Source of the DNA: Flavobacteriaceae bacterium
GTDB lineage: Bacteria > Bacteroidota > Bacteroidia > Flavobacteriales > Flavobacteriaceae
Direction: 5' to 3'
DNA: 32,000 nucleotides
Assembly (NCBI GenBank): GCA_965224465.1
Contig: OZ245049.1
Span: forward strand, 1,860,001 to 1,892,000
Below are positions 28,718-32,000 of this stretch, piece by piece. The notes beneath the pieces are model-generated. The model did no database searches. It was not told the DNA's origin and was given only the letters and a program-made list of their open reading frames with translations. The number at the start of each line of letters is the position of its first letter. Position 1 is the first letter of the stretch. Made by a program: the position numbers and the translations under genes.

Positions 28718-29500
28718 TTAATGTATATCCAATTGTTTTTTAAACTCATCTGTTAAATAAGGCTTTAATTCTTCAAATGAATAAAATACTCTTAAAATTG
28801 AACTAATATTTAGTGCTTCCCAGTTATTATTAATTAAAATTTCTATTCCTGGTTCTTTGTTTTCTTGTGTTATATAGTACCATTGAGGAGTACTATTAAT
28901 TAAATTACTTTCTATTATCATTGTTTTTTTTAGATTAATACCGTTTATTTCAGTATTTAATCTTTTTTTTATCTTTTTATTAATTATAGATATTAACTCC
29001 TGAGAATTATTCTTGAAAATGTTTTTAGCAGAAAACTGATTACCATTTTTTAAGTCGAAATTATAAAAGTATTCTTCAACATGTAAATTTCCAGAATAAA
29101 TCTCTAAACTTAGTTTTAATGATAAGATTGCATCTCTTTTGTAAAAACCAATTTCATAATACGTACTTTCTAAAGGTGAAAGATACTTGCAACATTCTTT
29201 TTGACTATCTTCAATGAATTGCTTAAAGTTTCCTCGTAAATCTTTAGTGTTGTCAAAATTATCGAACCAACTTAATTGATCTTCAACATCTGATAATATT
29301 ATTGAGTTAATTTTTTTATTTCTTTCTTTGTTGTGTAAATTTACATAAGGTAAATTATAAATCCGTTTTATTTTCCCTCTACAAACAATAGAATCCTTAA
29401 TTTTAAATAAAATGTTTTTTTCTTTTAGAATACTTTGACTTTTACAAGAAACGGCAAAAATTAAAACTATTAATATGCTAAGTAATTTATTTTTATTCAT
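28718..29500 (-). CDS. Lipoprotein, candidate immunity protein; DUF4163/DUF3298 (RsiV/PdaC-like) pattern
   Basis: Signal plus lipobox (IFAVSC). Overlaps the effector gene by 8 nt. IKRIYNLPYVNLHN…KKINSIILSDVE and ILSLKLSLEIYSGNLHVEEYFYNFDLKNGNQFSAKNIF resemble the DUF4163 and DUF3298 consensus patterns (…Y.GGAH…n.Dl.tGk…l.dlF). Confidence 0.55.
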   Translation of the reverse strand: MNKNKLLSILIVLIFAVSCKSQSILKEKNILFKIKDSIVCRGKIKRIYNLPYVNLHNKERNKKINSIILSDVEDQLSWFDNFDNTKDLRGNFKQFIEDSQKECCKYLSPLESTYYEIGFYKRDAILSLKLSLEIYSGNLHVEEYFYNFDLKNGNQFSAKNIFKNNSQELISIINKKIKKRLNTEINGINLKKTMIIESNLINSTPQWYYITQENKEPGIEILINNNWEALNISSILRVFYSFEELKPYLTDEFKKQLDIH

Positions 29501-30863
29501 TATTTGTTATTCTTGGAATTAGTTTTAAATCAGAATTAATTTGAAGATTAATACCTTTTGACTTAATATAGTTAATTGGTTTTACTTTTTTTAATTTTTT
29601 TAATAATTTTTCAGCTTCTTTATCTTTTAAATCGATATATGTAGTTACCATTTTCTTTTTTTTTGAATCGTACTCTTTTATTTTTACCTTTTCTTCTTTT
29701 GATATATTTAAAAGTTGATTCTCAATTCTTTTTTTATCGTTTTTATTTCCATTTTTATGAATTTCTTCATAATGTTTATATACTTTAAATCCTTTATCTT
29801 CTTTTGCTTTTAAAGTGTTATCTCGTCGATTTCTTATTCCATTATATCCTCCATTAATTGTATAAGAGGTTAGTTTTATATTGTCTTCATCAGCCCAATC
29901 CACAGTGTATTTTGACTTATATGGATTCCCTTTTATATAGTACCACAGTGCAGATTGTACACCATAAATTACATTATTAGTATCTGCTAAAAGGTCAAAC
30001 TCTCCTTTAAAATCTTTTTTATCAGTCACTTCAGTAAAGTCAACATAACCTTTTGGATCATCAGGAAAAGGATGTTTTTTCCTGTAATTAGAAAATTTCT
30101 TATAGTTAGTCCTCCCTGTCAATTGTTTTATACCTTTACCACAAAACATAAACCCATCTCTTGATAACTCATTGTCATTTTCTAATCTGTCTCCATAAAA
30201 TCTTGAAAAAAGAGGTTTTCTAAATGCTTTATGCTTTTTTAACATGATTTTAAACTTTAAAACTTCTACTTCCCCTCCTTTTTTGTCTTTTATTTTTTCT
30301 TTAACCTCTTTTAATATTATTCTTTTACCAGAATATTTCCCATATAACTTTCTTATGTCTGCTGTTACACTATTATTAACTAACAGGGTTTTGAGTTCAG
30401 CATTTGATTTAGAAATAACTTTGTCATCTTTATTCTTGATTTCAAATATTTTTGATAATTGTTTTTCTAGAGAAGACAAAATTATATTATCAATTATTTG
30501 ATTTCTGTTAAAATACTTTGCACTCAAACTTGAAAATTTATAATTGTGCCCCTCTTTCATGCTCGTAGATTTAAACTCCATCTCAGCAGCAATTTGAGAT
30601 ATAAAATGAGCTTTACGTAAACAAGTATCTAGTTTGTAGTCTTTTCTATATAAATTTAGGTATTCTATAATTTTTTTCGCTAAAGTTTCGTTTGCATTAG
30701 GCTCAATATGTTTAATTTGTTCAATAGTAAATTCTTCCTTACAATATGGACAAAGCTCTGTTGCTTTAATGGTAAGTGGTGTTTCTTTAAATGAAAGTAA
30801 CTCTCCTTTATAATATACTCTTGGTATATAAGTCCTTGATTTAATTTTTTTATCTTCTGCCAT
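29493..30863 (-). CDS. GH19/COG3179-like (predicted chitinase / phage-lysozyme-type) peptidoglycan hydrolase effector
   Basis: No signal peptide. FTIEQIKHIEPNA…LRKAHFISQIAAEMEF…KEG, then FCGKGIKQLTGRTNYKKF and INGGYNGIRNRRDN, match the conserved blocks of COG3179 proteins (AHFLAQ..HES, RGRGxIQLTGRxNY, INGGxNGxxDR). Starts 3 nt after the Hcp stop. Confidence 0.7.
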   Translation of the reverse strand: MAEDKKIKSRTYIPRVYYKGELLSFKETPLTIKATELCPYCKEEFTIEQIKHIEPNANETLAKKIIEYLNLYRKDYKLDTCLRKAHFISQIAAEMEFKSTSMKEGHNYKFSSLSAKYFNRNQIIDNIILSSLEKQLSKIFEIKNKDDKVISKSNAELKTLLVNNSVTADIRKLYGKYSGKRIILKEVKEKIKDKKGGEVEVLKFKIMLKKHKAFRKPLFSRFYGDRLENDNELSRDGFMFCGKGIKQLTGRTNYKKFSNYRKKHPFPDDPKGYVDFTEVTDKKDFKGEFDLLADTNNVIYGVQSALWYYIKGNPYKSKYTVDWADEDNIKLTSYTINGGYNGIRNRRDNTLKAKEDKGFKVYKHYEEIHKNGNKNDKKRIENQLLNISKEEKVKIKEYDSKKKKMVTTYIDLKDKEAEKLLKKLKKVKPINYIKSKGINLQINSDLKLIPRITNNE

Positions 30864-30866
30864 AAT

Positions 30867-31700
30867 TTATCGATTTAATAACACTTCTCCATTTTTGTTA
30901 ACAATTCCTTTAAGTTCTATATTGTTTGTGGGATCATCATCTGCATCTTCTAATACTATTATTAGTTCTTCATCTTCTGCTATATCTTTTACTTTTAAAA
31001 ACAGCTGAGAATTAGAACCAATTTCAGATTCTTTTATAGTGTTTCCTTCTTCATCTCTCCATTCTTTTTTTAGAATTCTTGGTGTTTTTTCAATTTCTTG
31101 CTCTCTCTCTAACACCGTTGGTTCAACTTCTATAAAAGGATCCTCAAACACCCAATTTTCTATTTTTTTAACATCTTTTATTTTAACAGCTCCACACGTT
31201 ATCGCTAAATTAATGTGTAAGGGTAAATTGTCTTGATTGTCAAATTCTTCTGTAAGACCTACAATATAGGCTTTATGGAATTCTACTTTGTACAAGGTTT
31301 TAAACTCATCTCTGTCATAAAATATTAATTCACCGCTAAAACTAGCATTTGGTGAAAACATATAGTGATACAAATCGCTATCAAACCCAGTAGATTCAAA
31401 CATTAAATGGAATGGGCTTTTACGCGTTGTGGTCGTAGGGTTTCCCGTAATATCTTTAAGTTTGTATAATACCAATTACAATCCAAAACAACTGATATAA
31501 ATAGTTTATTTTACGTTCTAGCGTTGTTGAAAAATAGAACCATAGCTAAGGCTATACTTAGATTTTTCGCCTAGCTAAAACAAAAAATAATTCCATTTCT
31601 AAACCGTTACTTGGAAATGTATTTGGTATAAGGTGTATTCTGCTCTTAATAACGTTCTTTCTTTTCCATCTATAATGGCGATGCCTTTAAAACTACTCAT
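30867..31700 (-). pseudogene. tssD: Bacteroidota-type Hcp/TssD-like tube protein with a 94-aa C-terminal extension, interrupted after codon ~25 by a 159-bp MITE
   Basis: 5' fragment at 31631-31700 encodes MSSFKGIAIIDGKERTLLRAEYT(LY). The track ORF (TTG start at 31475) continues LYKLKDITGNPTTTTRKSPFHLMFESTGF…SGELIFYDRDEFKTLYKVEFHKAYIVGLTEEFD…LPLHINLAITCGAVKIKD…ENW. Joined, this follows the TssD pattern F+..+…GKE..+L…Y.L…D..G.P…EST…SG.I.F…D…YI…E.…P+.I…I…KI….NW. Confidence 0.75.
31470..31629. mobile_element. 159-bp MITE-like repeat (copy 3) inserted in the Hcp gene
   Basis: Imperfect terminal inverted repeats CCAATTACAATCC and GGAAATGTATTTGG (reverse complement CCAAATACATTTCC). GTATAA is present at both junctions (31464-31469 and 31626-31631). 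Removing the element and one copy restores an uninterrupted Hcp reading frame. Confidence 0.85.
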
Positions 31701-32000
31701 GGTTTTTCAATTTTTGATTCATCTTTTAATTGGGTACAGCTTTTTTTTAAATCCGTAACTAGCACCCATAATCTCACAATAGCAATCCCGAACATGATGG
31801 TATATCCATATCGTTCACAATACAGGATGGGCTTATTGTTAGGGTGTGCCTATTTTTTTAAACGTAGATCAAATATATAAAATAATGTTATACGCAGCAT
31901 GCTTTTATGGTTAAGCCCCACATTTAGGGGGTAAATCCCCGTAGCACTGTCTAGAAACAGAAAATAATCTTTCGGAGTGCATCTTTTACGCTTATGTAAA

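Noticed and set aside
772-31236. Many 60-170-aa ORFs in the track lie antisense to, or out of frame within, long genes: 772-963, 5737-5934, 7389-7688, 10570-10761, 10793-11218, 10893-11111, 12311-12595, 12800-12988, 13206-13448, 13667-14101, 13731-13949, 15311-15502, 16244-16426, 17582-17917, 17719-17904, 18621-18872, 18978-19172, 19797-19982, 20108-20329, 24058-24576, 27356-27550, 30244-30501 and 31039-31236.
   Set aside because: Each is fully embedded in a much longer ORF that has clear family motifs or signal peptides. Their translations are low-complexity or hydrophobic shadows with no recognisable motifs. The 17582-17917 and 17719-17904 ORFs simply mirror the Lys-rich (AAA/AAG) tail of the giant gene.
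31701-32000. The region upstream of the Hcp gene has small hairpins (for example GGGGTAAATCCCC near 31926-31940) and a 28-codon ORF. Considered a tRNA, riboswitch or small gene.
   Set aside because: No cloverleaf-compatible arms or conserved tRNA boxes, no recognisable riboswitch core, and the ORF is too short and featureless. The region is cut by the window edge.

Overview
AT-rich window that looks like a Bacteroidota (Flavobacteriia-like) chromosome. The taxon call is inferred from gene content and signal-peptide and lipoprotein styles. It has three parts. (1) 1-9.1 kb is ordinary housekeeping: a secreted thioredoxin-fold protein, ComEC, a fatty-acid hydroxylase/sterol desaturase family protein, lpxB, a small membrane protein, surE and a long S41 tail-specific protease. 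(2) 9.2-23.7 kb holds an orphan lipoprotein gene, then a tightly packed same-strand cluster with no function I can assign. That cluster encodes a predicted outer-membrane beta-barrel (566 aa), a 92-aa secreted paralog of the next protein's N-terminus, a 1891-aa secreted giant protein with a Ser/Gly linker and a very basic C-terminal tail, and a 700-aa secreted protein with several FN3-like repeats. It is followed directly by a beta-propeller/Y_Y_Y LytS-type histidine kinase and a LytTR response regulator. (3) 23.9-31.7 kb is an accessory island on the minus strand. It carries a Bacteroidota-type Hcp/TssD-like gene with a C-terminal extension, a GH19/COG3179-like lysozyme-type effector with a lipoprotein immunity candidate, and a second 5'-truncated effector fragment with its own lipoprotein immunity candidate. 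Four mobile elements break this island up: an IS3-family element (1221 bp, no target duplication), an IS21-like remnant, an intact IS256-family element with a perfect 8-bp target duplication, and a 159-bp MITE-like repeat that splits the Hcp gene. The same 159-bp repeat family also occurs as a head-to-tail array right after the protease gene (8785-9029) and as a diverged copy at 161-314. I saw no rRNA, tRNA or CRISPR array. All family assignments come from motif recognition by eye and need profile searches to confirm.
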